This document shows positions 29,194 to 40,739 of a stretch of DNA of 64,000 nt, in pieces. Each line of letters begins with the position of its first letter. Position 1 is the first letter of the stretch. The stretch covers positions 416,001-480,000 of the forward strand of contig JASGHJ010000001.1 of the NCBI GenBank assembly GCA_047602405.1, in the 5' to 3' direction. The DNA comes from Anaeromyxobacteraceae bacterium. GTDB taxonomy: Bacteria; Myxococcota; Myxococcia; Myxococcales; Anaeromyxobacteraceae. The notes under the pieces were generated by a model. It did not search any database and was not told the DNA's origin. It saw only the letters and a program-made list of their open reading frames with translations. The position numbers were made by a program, and so were the translations under genes.

Positions 29194-30429
29194 ATGCGGA
29201 CTCTCAGAACGTTGGCGTTCCTGCTCGCCGCGCTGCCCTGGTACGCGCGCGCAGGGAACGTCCAGGTGACGAGCTCCACCCAGTACGTCCGCGACGCGGA
29301 CTTCCTCTCGCAGACCACCGACCAGCACGACATCGCGCAGTACCTCCGCCTCAGCGCCACCTTCGGCGAGGCGGAGCAGATCGGCTTCTACGGGTACGGC
29401 CGGCTCATCGGCCAGCTCTCCGACAGCGTCGAGCCCCGGCGCGAGCTCGCGGACAACCTGCTCGGGCGGCTCTACTACCTCTACCTCGACTACCGCGACG
29501 CCGTGCCGGGCCACCTCGACGTGCGCGCCGGCCGGACCTACGTCGGGACCGCGGTCATCCCGGCGGTGGTCGACGGCGCCCAGCTCGTGGGGCGCGACGT
29601 CGGCGTGAAGGGGCTCGGGATGAGCGCCTTCGGCGGCCACCGGGTCTACTTCTCCAACCTCACCGAGCTGCCGTACCGCAACGACTCGGTCTGGGGCGCG
29701 AGCCTCTCCTTCGAGGCGGCCGCCCGGACGCGCGCGGAGCTCTCGTTCGCCCGCGAGTACCGCAGCGGCGACTTCTCCCGCCAGGACGCGGCGCTCGACG
29801 TCTCCACGAGCCCCATGCAGGCGCTCAGCCTGTTCGGCCGCGCGAAGTACGACACGGTCTCCGACAAGCTCGCCGAGCTCGACGTGGGCGCGAAGGTGCA
29901 GCCCATCGACGCGCTCGTGCTGCGGGCCGAGTACCTCGACAGCGTCCCGACCTTCGAGAAGCAGTCCTTCTACCGGTCCTTCGGCGTGGAGCGCTACCGC
30001 CAGGTCGGGTTCGGCGCCGAGGTCCGGCTCGCCCCGTGGCTGCGGCTCACCGGCAAGTACGCCTGGGAGCGGTTCGACGCCGAGGAGCGCGCCAGCCTCG
30101 TGGGCGGCGGCTTCCGCGCGCTGCCCGCGCCCGGCCTCTCGCTCTCGGCGAGCTACGAGCACCGCGACGGCTACGCCGGGCGGCTGGGCGGCCTGCGCAT
30201 GAACGCCGCGTACACGCTCTCGCCCATCAGGACGACCCTGCTCGCGGGCGTGGACTACGACGACTTCACCCGCGAGGCGTCGCGCGACGGCAGCGCGAAG
30301 CGCTACTGGCTCGGCGCGGAGGTGAAGGTGAGCCGGCCGCTGTCGGCCTCGGTGCGCCTCGAGCGCGTCGAGAACTTCCTCTTCGACCGCAGCTATCAGG
30401 GCTTCGTCGCGGTCGACTACCACCCGTGA
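29194..30429 (+). CDS. outer-membrane beta-barrel protein (putative cytochrome-associated porin)
   Basis: Signal peptide (..WYARA|G); alternating amphipathic Tyr/Phe/Gly-rich strands throughout; C-terminal strand YQGFVAVDYHP. Confidence 0.75.
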   Translation: MRTLRTLAFLLAALPWYARAGNVQVTSSTQYVRDADFLSQTTDQHDIAQYLRLSATFGEAEQIGFYGYGRLIGQLSDSVEPRRELADNLLGRLYYLYLDYRDAVPGHLDVRAGRTYVGTAVIPAVVDGAQLVGRDVGVKGLGMSAFGGHRVYFSNLTELPYRNDSVWGASLSFEAAARTRAELSFAREYRSGDFSRQDAALDVSTSPMQALSLFGRAKYDTVSDKLAELDVGAKVQPIDALVLRAEYLDSVPTFEKQSFYRSFGVERYRQVGFGAEVRLAPWLRLTGKYAWERFDAEERASLVGGGFRALPAPGLSLSASYEHRDGYAGRLGGLRMNAAYTLSPIRTTLLAGVDYDDFTREASRDGSAKRYWLGAEVKVSRPLSASVRLERVENFLFDRSYQGFVAVDYHP

Positions 30430-30442
30430 CCGGAGGACCGTC

Positions 30443-31102
30443 ATGACCAAGCACACGGCAATCGCGCTCTGCCTGGCCGCCGCGGCCCTCTTCCTCGCGC
30501 CCCGGACGGCCGCCGACGATCACCGCCAGTACCTCGACTCGAAGCCCGAGGAGTGCCGCGAGTGCCACCGCGGCTCGGGCGTGATGGACAACCACGGCGC
30601 GGAGTTCGCGCGGGGCGAGCACCGGGTCCTCGCGCAGCAGTCCGACGCCAACTGCGGCTCGTGCCACGCGCAGTCCTTCTGCGTGAACTGCCACGAGGGC
30701 GGCGCGGTGGACCGCCTCTCCGCCCGCCGCAGCGACCCCGCCACGACCGCCTCGCGCGACGCCACCCTCTCTCGCCGCGGCGAGGTGATGCCCGGCTCGC
30801 ACGGCGCGGACTTCCTGTCCACGCACGCGATCAAGGCGGCGGACGAGCCCAGGTCCTGCGCCCGCTGCCACGACACGAAGACCTTCTGCCAGGACTGCCA
30901 CCAGCGCCAGAAGACGAGCGGCCGCGCCTTCGCGGTCAAGACGCACAAGCCGATCTACGTGGCGCCGGGCGTGCCCGACCCCTCCTGGGTGGACACCCAC
31001 CGCGCCGACGCGCGCCGGAACCTGCAGTCCTGCGCCGCGTGCCACCCGTCGAAGGACAGCTGCTCCAGCTTCGCCTGTCACCCCGGCCTCGCCGGGAAGT
31101 AG
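30443..31102 (+). CDS. periplasmic multiheme cytochrome c (6 CxxCH + 1 CX4CH)
   Basis: Sec signal; CRECH, CGSCH, CVNCH, CARCH, CQDCH, CAACH, CSSFACH; GGAGG RBS. Confidence 0.92.
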   Translation: MTKHTAIALCLAAAALFLAPRTAADDHRQYLDSKPEECRECHRGSGVMDNHGAEFARGEHRVLAQQSDANCGSCHAQSFCVNCHEGGAVDRLSARRSDPATTASRDATLSRRGEVMPGSHGADFLSTHAIKAADEPRSCARCHDTKTFCQDCHQRQKTSGRAFAVKTHKPIYVAPGVPDPSWVDTHRADARRNLQSCAACHPSKDSCSSFACHPGLAGK

Positions 31103-31164
31103 CGCACCCGCCGTCGTCGAGACGCTTCCAACCCGAGCCTCAGAGGAACCTCAAGGAGAGACCC

Positions 31165-31998
31165 ATGGCAGGTAACGAGAAGCTCCCCACCGCGTCGATG
31201 CCGACGGTCGAGATCCCCGCCGAGCTCACGACCTTCGAGCAGGTGAAGGCGTTCATCCACCAGACCATCACCCGCCGCGACTTCAGCAAGGCGATGGGCG
31301 TGGGCGCCCTGGGCGCGGTCGCGTTCCAGGTCGGCTGCGCGAACGACGAGAAGGCGAAGGCGGAGCGCCAGGTCTTCGTCGCGAACGCGAAGGGCATGAT
31401 CGTCGCGGACTCGGTCTCCTGCGCCGGCTGCCGCCGCTGCGAGGCGGCGTGCGTCGGCTTCAACCAAGGCAAGACCCAGCCGGCGATCTCCAACATCAAG
31501 GTCAACCGCAACATGCTCTACGGCGTGAAGGACGTCTCGAGCGGCACCCGCGCGGTGGACGGCATCTACGGCAACTTCCGGATCGTCCAGGACACCTGCC
31601 GCCAGTGCGGGCACCCGGTGCCCTGCCAGCTCGCGTGCCCGAACGCGGCCATCGAGGTCACCGGCCCGCTCAACGCCCGCGTCGTCAACCAGGACAGGTG
31701 CGTGGGCTGCGGCATCTGCGTCGAGGCCTGCCCGTGGGAGATGACCGCCCTCGACGGCCCGGTGAACGGCGCCGACACGAAGTGCAACAAGTGCACGCTC
31801 TGCTCCGACCTCTACGCCGAGGCGACGGCGGACGAGCAGGCGGCTTGGCGGCCGATGTGCGTGGAGGCCTGCATCACCGGCGCGCTCAAGTTCCTCCCCT
31901 GGGAGGACCGCACCGGCGACGTGCCCCCGCGGCACGTGGTGCCCGCGAGCATCCAGCTCGCCGCGGACGTCAAGGACACCTGCAAGCAGTGCCACTGA
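31165..31998 (+). CDS. 4x[4Fe-4S] ferredoxin subunit (YdhY/DmsB-like) with twin-arginine motif
   Basis: TITRRDFSKAMGVGALG...GC; CAGCRRCEAAC, CRQC..CQLAC, CVGCGICVEACP, CTLC..CVEAC; terminal CKQCH; AAGGAG RBS. Confidence 0.9.
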   Translation: MAGNEKLPTASMPTVEIPAELTTFEQVKAFIHQTITRRDFSKAMGVGALGAVAFQVGCANDEKAKAERQVFVANAKGMIVADSVSCAGCRRCEAACVGFNQGKTQPAISNIKVNRNMLYGVKDVSSGTRAVDGIYGNFRIVQDTCRQCGHPVPCQLACPNAAIEVTGPLNARVVNQDRCVGCGICVEACPWEMTALDGPVNGADTKCNKCTLCSDLYAEATADEQAAWRPMCVEACITGALKFLPWEDRTGDVPPRHVVPASIQLAADVKDTCKQCH

Positions 31999-32036
31999 CC
32001 CTTTCGTTCCTTCGAAACCACCTCACGGAGTCGACC

Positions 32037-34568
32037 ATGGCAGAGAGCTACGGCTGGGCAGGCAAGGTGCTGAGGGTGAACCTCTCCACGGGGGCCATCA
32101 CCTCGGAGAGCATGGACAAGTACAAGGACTTCATGGGCGGCACGGGGCTCGCCTGGAAGGTCCTGATGGACGAGGTGCCGCCCGGCACCACGGCGTTCGC
32201 CCCCGAGGCGAAGGTGGTCTTCGGCGTCGGCCCCGCGACCGGCTCCGGCTCGCCCTGCTCCGGCCGCACGTCGGTCTCGTGCCTGTGGCCGGTGCACGGT
32301 GACGAGCTGCCCTCGGCCGGCCACATGGGCGGCCACTGGGGCCCCGAGCTCAAGTACGCGGGCTGGGACGGCGTCATCGTCGAGGGTGTCTCGGCGAAGC
32401 CGGTGTGGCTGCGCATCGAGGACGACAAGGTCACCCTCGAGGACGCCTCCACGATCTGGGGCCAGGGCATCTACCGGGCCACGAACTACATCTGCAACAT
32501 CATGGGCCCCGAGGCCCACGTGGCCGCGATCGGCCAGGCCGGCGAGAACAGGTCCCGGCTCGGCGCGGTCTTCTGCGACCGCTCGCACCGCGCCGGCGGC
32601 GCCGGCGGCGTGCTCGGCTCGAAGCTGCTGAAGGCGATCGGCGTGCGCGGCACCGGCGCCGTGAAGATCGCCCTCAACAAGAAGGACTGGCGCTCGCTCA
32701 ACAACTACTACCTGAGCCTGATGGGCGCGAACAACCAGTGCGTCGTCGCCCGCACGCTGCAGCCCTGGTCGGAGTTCTCGCCGGGCGGCACCCGCTGGTC
32801 GGGCGCCCCGGGCGTGAAGTGGGGCTCCGCGCTCCCGCCGGTGGACATGGGCTACTGCCCCGACGCCGAGCACCCGATGATCAACGCGCCGTTCCCGACC
32901 AACAAGATCGGGTTCCGCACGCACAAGGGCTTCAACGACTTCGGCGAGGAGGGGCTGAAGCGCACCGTCCGCATGGACGGCTGCCACTCCTGCCCGATCC
33001 GCTGCCACATCGCCGCGGACCACCCCGAGCTCGAGAACTACGGGGTCGCCCGGTACAACATGAACACCTGCGCGGGCAACGGCGGCATGCGCGGCACGTT
33101 CATCGCCGACAACGCGATGAACGCGCAGCAGGGCACGATGCTGAACGCCTACATGTCGAACCACCTCGAGGGCGACTACGGCATCTGGAACGACTACAGC
33201 GGCTATCAGTACGTGTGGGAAGTCCTGATGAACTTCGCCGGGACGGAGGGGATCGTCGCCGACGAGTACGTCCCCGCCACCGTCGCGAACACCCGCTCCG
33301 ACGCCGCCCCGGGCTCGACCATCCCGAACCCGCTCATCGGCCAGCCGCTGCTCCGCAAGTACCTCACCGCCGCGGAGTGGACCCGCCTGCGCACCACCGC
33401 CATCTGGAGCTCGGGCAAGAGCCCGCTCGCGCTCATGGAGGCGGGTGACCCGCGCTGGCTGCAGTGGTTCGCGGCCGACTTCGCCGCCAACGTCCAGGGC
33501 ACCACCGGCTGGTTCATGGGGCGTGGCCCGGCGTGGATCTCGAAGCTGGGCGCCGAGACGACCGCGGCCCGCGCCGCGATCATGTACACCCCGACCGGCC
33601 TGCCCGCCGGCGTGACCGCCACCCCGGTCGAGATCCGCAAGGCGCTCCCCGCGGACTACGGCGTGCCCGAGCTCGTGCACGCGATGAGCGTGGACGGCCA
33701 CGTGCACATGTGGAAGCAGGCGCACACCCTGCACCACTCGATCGAGACGCAGAGCCAGATGGGCGCGCTCCTCAGCACGTTCCAGGCCTGCCGCGACATG
33801 AACAACCACACGCTGCAGAACTTCAACACGAACGGCCTCCCGAACTCGAAGGCGAACCCGCTGAAGCTCGCCCTCGCGCAGGAGATCGCCTGCAGCCCGG
33901 ACACCTACTTCCAGGCGCCGGACGAGTCGGCGCAGGGCAAGTGGGCCTGGCAGACCGCCGACTACCGCGCGGTCGCGGCCGGCGCGGGCCCGGTCACGCC
34001 GATGAACAAGGCGCGCGCCGGCCTCGCGGCCCAGTGCATCATCTCGTACGAGCTGCAGAACTCCCTCACCCAGTGCAACTACACGCTGCCGGTGTGGGCG
34101 TCCCCGCTGAAGAGCCGCGACGGCACCATCGCGTCGGTGACCCCGCCGGGCTCGACCACGGCCGTGGCCACGAAGGGCTACCGCGGTGACCCGAAGCTCG
34201 ACGTCAAGGTGTTCAACGCGGTGACCGGCCTCACGATGACGCAGGCCGAGTACGAGAAGATGGGCCACCGGATGTACACGCTGTGGCGCATCTACACGGC
34301 GCGCATCATGAATGCCCGAAACGCCACGAAGCCCGGCGCGAACATGCGGACGAACTTCGACCAGGCGCCGGCGTGGGCGTTCGACCCCGCGAACGCCGTG
34401 TCGGTGTGGGGCACCCTCGACGCCGCGGACTGGGAGACGGCGAAGGACATGCTCTACGACATGTTCGGCTACACGAAGACCACGGGCCTGCCCACGGAGA
34501 CGAAGCTCACCGAGCTCGGGCTCGCGAGCTACATCCCGACCCTGAAGGCCGAGGGGGTCATCCCGTAG
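32037..34568 (+). CDS. aldehyde:ferredoxin oxidoreductase family (YdhV-type Mo/W-bis-pyranopterin enzyme)
   Basis: GWAGKVLRVNLSTG, GGHWGPELKYAGWDG, AIGQAGEN, GSKLLKAIGVRG, CHSCPIRC, C-terminal 'GLPTETKLTELGL'; 843 aa. Confidence 0.92.
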   Translation: MAESYGWAGKVLRVNLSTGAITSESMDKYKDFMGGTGLAWKVLMDEVPPGTTAFAPEAKVVFGVGPATGSGSPCSGRTSVSCLWPVHGDELPSAGHMGGHWGPELKYAGWDGVIVEGVSAKPVWLRIEDDKVTLEDASTIWGQGIYRATNYICNIMGPEAHVAAIGQAGENRSRLGAVFCDRSHRAGGAGGVLGSKLLKAIGVRGTGAVKIALNKKDWRSLNNYYLSLMGANNQCVVARTLQPWSEFSPGGTRWSGAPGVKWGSALPPVDMGYCPDAEHPMINAPFPTNKIGFRTHKGFNDFGEEGLKRTVRMDGCHSCPIRCHIAADHPELENYGVARYNMNTCAGNGGMRGTFIADNAMNAQQGTMLNAYMSNHLEGDYGIWNDYSGYQYVWEVLMNFAGTEGIVADEYVPATVANTRSDAAPGSTIPNPLIGQPLLRKYLTAAEWTRLRTTAIWSSGKSPLALMEAGDPRWLQWFAADFAANVQGTTGWFMGRGPAWISKLGAETTAARAAIMYTPTGLPAGVTATPVEIRKALPADYGVPELVHAMSVDGHVHMWKQAHTLHHSIETQSQMGALLSTFQACRDMNNHTLQNFNTNGLPNSKANPLKLALAQEIACSPDTYFQAPDESAQGKWAWQTADYRAVAAGAGPVTPMNKARAGLAAQCIISYELQNSLTQCNYTLPVWASPLKSRDGTIASVTPPGSTTAVATKGYRGDPKLDVKVFNAVTGLTMTQAEYEKMGHRMYTLWRIYTARIMNARNATKPGANMRTNFDQAPAWAFDPANAVSVWGTLDAADWETAKDMLYDMFGYTKTTGLPTETKLTELGLASYIPTLKAEGVIP

Positions 34569-34596
34569 CGGTCCCGGAGGGCCGTCGTTCCCCAGG

Positions 34597-34633
34597 GAGC
34601 CCCCGGGCCCGCGAGGTCCGGGGGCTCTCGTTC
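34597..34633 (+). terminator. strong hairpin between the AOR and ydhW-like genes (terminator or mRNA stabiliser)
   Basis: GAGCCCCCGGGCC-CGCGA-GGTCCGGGGGCTC followed by a weak U tract TCGTTC. Confidence 0.6.
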
Positions 34634-35500
34634 TCGTAGCCGCACGCAGCGCGAGGAGCCGACCCTTGGAGCCCTACGATCCGACCCAGCCCGTCGTCCG
34701 CGAGAAGCTCCACCTCGTCACCGACGACGACGCCCCCGAGGTGGACCCGGCGCCGCTGCGGCTCCGGATCGCCGAGCGCGTGCGCGCCGACTCGCGCGAC
34801 CGCCGGGCCCTGACCCCCGACGCGGCGCTGTTCGCGCTCGTGCCGGAGCTGTCGCGGAGCGAGCTGCGCGCGCTGCTCGAGGAGATGTCCCGGGAAGGCG
34901 CCTACGGGGACATCAAGGCCGTGGTCGCCCCCTCGGGGCGGGTCTACCTGTTCTCGGAGCGTCACCTCATCGCCGTGGAGGCGGCGGAGCTGGGGCGGCT
35001 CGAGGAGGCGCGGCTCGCGGTGGTGGAGCGGATCCGGGCCGACTCCTCCCGGATCACGCTCACCGCGGCCGCGGACCTCGAGCCGCTCCTCCCCTACCCG
35101 GAGCCGGAGCGCCGCGAGGCCTTCCTCGCGGAGCTGCGCGCCGACCCGCGCTTCCAGGACATCCAGGCCGTGACCGGGCCGAAGGGCGAGACGTACTACC
35201 ACTCCGACCGCTTCGTCTCCGGCAACTACGGCGCGATCATGATGCGCGCGCGCGCGAGCGACCCGTGCTGGTCGATCGCCGAGCTCGTGCGCGACCGGTC
35301 GCGCATCATGCCCGCCCCGACGCGCCTCGACGTGTTCCGCGACCCGGTGTTCCAGCTCGACGCGGACCGCCTCGGAGGCTTCGTGGACGAGCTGCTCGCG
35401 CGCGAGGGGTACGCCGACGTCAAGAAGCTCGTGCACCCGCGGACCCGCGCGCTCTACCTGTACTCCGATCGCTGGCTCGACGAGGGCCGCGCCCGCGAGA

Positions 35501-37036
<1,536 letters not shown>

Positions 37037-37243
37037 GAACCCTCCCCCGGGATCCGCGTGGTTCGGGAGGACAGCGCCTCATGCTGGCCTCCAGCCCCGT
37101 CCGTGTGCAGGCGACACGTTGCCTCACCATCCCTCCGCGGGTGCGGCGTGTCCCGATGCCGCAGGGCGCGCGCGCGCGGCCGCGCGCATGATGCCGCGGG
37201 CTCGAGCGGCTGCCGTCCCCGCGCGGCCGTCAGGGGGAGACCC

Positions 37244-38419
37244 ATGGATCTCGACACGCTCTACGCCACCATCTCGGGGGGCGACGCCGCCGCCGTGCGC
37301 GCCGCGCTCGCGCGCGACCCGGCCCTCGCGACCTCGCAGGACGCCCACCTGGGCTCGACGCCGCTCCACCTCGCCGCCTTCCGCGGCGACGTCGCCATCG
37401 TCCGGCTCCTGCTCGAGCTGGGCGCCCCGCCCTCGGCCCTGGAGCGCGAGAGCGGGTCCACGCCGCTGCACTGGGCCGCCGAGGGCGGCCACGCGGGCGT
37501 GGTGGACCTCCTGCTGGCGCGGGGCGCCGAGCTCGAGCGCCGGGACCGCTGGTACGGACTCACCCCGCTCGGCTGGGCGACGGCGGTGTTCTGGGGCCGC
37601 CGGCGGCGGCGCGACCGCGGCGACGCGGAGCGGCGGCTCCGCGCGGCCGGAGCGCGGCCGGACGCCTTCACCGAGGCCGGCGCGGGCGCGCTCGACGCGC
37701 TCCGTGCGCTCCTCCGCGACGCGCCCGCGGAGCGCGACCGCCGGCTCGGGTTCGCCGGGGACGAGGCCCAGCCGCTCCACTGGGCGGCCGCGCACGGCCG
37801 GACCGAGGCGATGGGCGTGCTGCTCGATGCCGGCGCCGACCCCGCGGCGCGGACCGCCACCGGGCTCTCGGCCCTGGGCGCCGCCCTCGCGCGGGCCCAG
37901 AGCGAGAGCGCCTCGGTCCTCCTCGCGCGCGCCATCGCGGGAGACGAGAGCACCGCGGCCGTCGGCGGCTTCGTGAAGGCGCTGCCCGAGCCGGGCTCCC
38001 CCGCCCTCCCGCCCGGCCTCGCGTCCCGGCTGCTCTTCGTCGCGGCGGGCGAGGGGCACGCCGACATGGTGACGGCCCTCGCCGCGCGCGGCGGGGATCC
38101 CGGCCACCGGCTGCGCCGCCTCCTCGCGGAGTTCCCCGTGAACGCGACGCCGCTCCACGTCGCCGCGGAGGCCGGCCACCTCGCGGCCGCCCGCGCGCTG
38201 CTCGACGCCGGCGCGCCGCCGGACGCCGGCGCGGAGGACGGCGAGCCGACCGCCCTGCACGCGGCCGCGTTCGCCGGGAAGGATCCGGTGGCGCGGCTCC
38301 TCCTCGAGCGCGGCGCGTCGCCCACAGCCCGCGAGCGGATCCACGGCGCGACGCCCGCCGAGTGGGCGGCGTCGGCCGGCCACGCGGAGCTGGCGCGGGT
38401 GCTGGGCCGCGGCCGCTGA
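37244..38419 (+). CDS. ankyrin repeat protein
   Basis: Repeated TPLHLAAFRG, TPLHWAAEGGH, PLHWAAAHG, TPLHVAAEAGH, TALHAAAFAG. Confidence 0.92.
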   Translation: MDLDTLYATISGGDAAAVRAALARDPALATSQDAHLGSTPLHLAAFRGDVAIVRLLLELGAPPSALERESGSTPLHWAAEGGHAGVVDLLLARGAELERRDRWYGLTPLGWATAVFWGRRRRRDRGDAERRLRAAGARPDAFTEAGAGALDALRALLRDAPAERDRRLGFAGDEAQPLHWAAAHGRTEAMGVLLDAGADPAARTATGLSALGAALARAQSESASVLLARAIAGDESTAAVGGFVKALPEPGSPALPPGLASRLLFVAAGEGHADMVTALAARGGDPGHRLRRLLAEFPVNATPLHVAAEAGHLAAARALLDAGAPPDAGAEDGEPTALHAAAFAGKDPVARLLLERGASPTARERIHGATPAEWAASAGHAELARVLGRGR

Positions 38420-38427
38420 GGGGGGCC

Positions 38428-39327
38428 TCAGCCCAGGGTCCAGGTGCCCTTCAGGACCGGGACGACGCCCCCGCCCACGCGGACGTCCACGACGCGCTCG
38501 CCGTCCCGGGCGGCGCGCACGTGCAGCCGCGATGGCCGGTGCGCCTCGAGGCCCTGCTCGACGAGGAACCGCTCTCCGGGCGCGGCGACGCCGTGCGCGA
38601 CCGCCCACGCGGCCGCGCAGCCGCCCGCCGAGCCGGTGGCCGGATCCTCGCCGCCGTAGAACAGCATGCGGGCGTGGAGGCGCGCGGAGGGATCGACCGC
38701 CTCGCGGGTGACGAAGTAGCAGAAGCGGGCGCCTTGCGCCGCGAGCCAGGGCTCCGCCCGCCGCGGATCGAAGGCGAGCGCGCGGGCGGTGGCGAGATCG
38801 CGGAGCGGCACGATCGCGAAGGGGAGGCCCGTCGAGACCACCTGCACCGGGAGCGCCGGATCGAGCACGTCCTGCGGGAGCCCGAGCCCCGCCGCGGCCC
38901 CGGCCGCGTCCAGCACGGGCCCGAAGGTCGGATCGGGCTGGACCATCTCTGCGAACGAGACGCCGTCCGGGCCCGCGTCCTCGAAGCGGACCGGCACCCG
39001 CCCCACGCCGAGCGAGAGCACGACCTCCGGCGGCCGCCTCGGCGCGAGCTCCTCGCGGATGGCCCACGCCGCGCCGAGGGTCGGGTGGCCCGCGAAGGGG
39101 AGCTCCTCGCGCGTGGTGAAGATCCGGACCCGGATCCCGGCCGCGCGCTCGTTCGCGACGTCGTTGCGGATGACGAAGGCGGTCTCGGAGAGGTTCGTCT
39201 CCCGCGCGAGCGCCTGCATCTCGTCCACGTGGAGCCCGCGCGAGTCGAGCACCACCGAGAGCGCGTTCCCCTCGAGCGGCCCCGCCGCGAACACGTCCAC
39301 CTGCACCATCCGGAAGTCGTGGTACAC
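38428..39327 (-). CDS. PhzF family isomerase
   Basis: VDVF...GN, NLSETAF, RIFT..ELPFAGHPTLG, EDPATGSA. Confidence 0.95.
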   Translation of the reverse strand: MYHDFRMVQVDVFAAGPLEGNALSVVLDSRGLHVDEMQALARETNLSETAFVIRNDVANERAAGIRVRIFTTREELPFAGHPTLGAAWAIREELAPRRPPEVVLSLGVGRVPVRFEDAGPDGVSFAEMVQPDPTFGPVLDAAGAAAGLGLPQDVLDPALPVQVVSTGLPFAIVPLRDLATARALAFDPRRAEPWLAAQGARFCYFVTREAVDPSARLHARMLFYGGEDPATGSAGGCAAAWAVAHGVAAPGERFLVEQGLEAHRPSRLHVRAARDGERVVDVRVGGGVVPVLKGTWTLG

Positions 39328-39416
39328 GCCGGCCCTCCTCCTCGCCGCCAGAGTACGCCTTCGCGGCTCCCCGGGTGGGCCCGAAGTGCCGGCGGCGGCC
39401 TGGCTAGAATCATCGG

Positions 39417-40739
39417 GTGCGGCCCCGCGCCTTCACGGCACGCCTCGGCGAGCGGACCTTCGAGGTCCGCCGCGGCGAGCGCCTGCTCGAGGCCGCCCGG
39501 CGGCAGGGCGTGCCGTTCCCGTCGAGCTGCCGGGTGGGCGGGTGCGGCACCTGCCGGTGCCGGCTCGTCGAGGGCCGCGTCCGCGAGCTGACCGAGACCG
39601 CCTACCTGCTGTCGGCGGAGGAGCTCGCGCGCGGCACCATCCTCGCCTGCCAGAGCGTGCCGCTCGGCGACGTCGTCGTGGCGCTCGACTCCGCCGCGGG
39701 AGCTGCGCGGGCGGCGCTCGCGGCGGGCGGCGGGATCACCACCGCCGGGCTCCTCGCGATCGTCGCCTTCTACGTCCTAGGCGACGTGGCCTTCGGGGAG
39801 GACCGCTCCGTGCCTCGCCACCGCCACCCGGGGCTCCTCACCTTCCAGCTCTGGCTCGCGCTGCCGCTCCTCGGGGCGATCGTGCTCGCGTCCCTCCGGA
39901 GCCTTCCCGAGGCGGCCGGCCCCGGCCACCTCGTCTCGGCCTGGCTCCTCACCGGGCTCATGATCGGCATGGTGGGCACCATCCCGGCGCACGAGCTCAC
40001 GCACCGGACCTGGGATCCCGTCTCGCGGCTCGTCGGCCGCTGGCTCCTCGCGTTCAGCCTCGACACCACGTTCGCCATCGAGCACGTCTACGGGCACCAC
40101 CGCTACGTCGCGACGGCGGCGGACCCGGCCACCGCCCCGCGCGGCCGGAGCGTGTACCGGCACGTCGTGGTCTCCACCTGGAAGGGCAACGCGAGCGCCT
40201 GGCGGATCGAGGTCGCGCGGCTCGCGAAGCGCGGGCGCGGGGCCTTCGGCTGGCGGAACGCCGTGCTGCGCGGGCAGCTCATGAGCCTCGCGCTCGTGGC
40301 GGGCGCGTGGGCGTACGGCGGCTGGCGCGCCGCCGCGTTCTTCCTCGCCTGCGCGCTCTGGGGGAAGGCGCTCCTCGAGATCGTGAACTACATGGAGCAC
40401 TACGGGCTCGTGCGCGAGCCCGGCGCGCCGGTGAAGCCGCGCCACTCGTGGAACACGACGCGCCGCCTGAGCTCGTGGACGCTCTTCAACCTCACCCGCC
40501 ACTCGCACCACCACGCGCAGGGCGAGCTGCCCTTCCACGCGCTGCGCCCGCTGCCGGGCGCGCCCACGATGATCGCGGGCTACCTCACCACCATCGTGCT
40601 CACGCTCGTCCCCCCCGTGTGGCGAAGGCTCATGGCGCCGCGCCTCTCGGCGTGGGATCGCGAGCAGGCGAACGCGGCCGAGCGGCGCCTCCTCGGGCTT
40701 CAGGGCGACGGCGGCGGCGCCTTCGGGAACGCGACGTAG
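39417..40739 (+). CDS. [2Fe-2S] ferredoxin fused to AlkB/XylM-family membrane diiron monooxygenase
   Basis: CRVGGCGTC...LAC ferredoxin; HELTH, EHVYGHH, NYMEHYGL, LTRHSHHHA histidine boxes. Confidence 0.88.
   Translation: MRPRAFTARLGERTFEVRRGERLLEAARRQGVPFPSSCRVGGCGTCRCRLVEGRVRELTETAYLLSAEELARGTILACQSVPLGDVVVALDSAAGAARAALAAGGGITTAGLLAIVAFYVLGDVAFGEDRSVPRHRHPGLLTFQLWLALPLLGAIVLASLRSLPEAAGPGHLVSAWLLTGLMIGMVGTIPAHELTHRTWDPVSRLVGRWLLAFSLDTTFAIEHVYGHHRYVATAADPATAPRGRSVYRHVVVSTWKGNASAWRIEVARLAKRGRGAFGWRNAVLRGQLMSLALVAGAWAYGGWRAAAFFLACALWGKALLEIVNYMEHYGLVREPGAPVKPRHSWNTTRRLSSWTLFNLTRHSHHHAQGELPFHALRPLPGAPTMIAGYLTTIVLTLVPPVWRRLMAPRLSAWDREQANAAERRLLGLQGDGGGAFGNAT

Noticed and set aside
26232..30456. 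Very long ORFs in the track (1404 aa, 1325 aa; also 53496-58064, 42328-46257, 38789-41896)
   Set aside because: Arg/Pro/Gly-rich shadow frames over genuine genes, expected at this GC content
30427..31998. Selenocysteine read-through at the TGA stops of the porin and ferredoxin genes
   Set aside because: Both TGAs follow natural C-termini and precede the RBS and start of the next gene; no evident SECIS hairpin
31449..32036. N-terminal extension of the AOR ORF
   Set aside because: Off-frame overlap with the ferredoxin gene; AOR homology begins at ATG 32037
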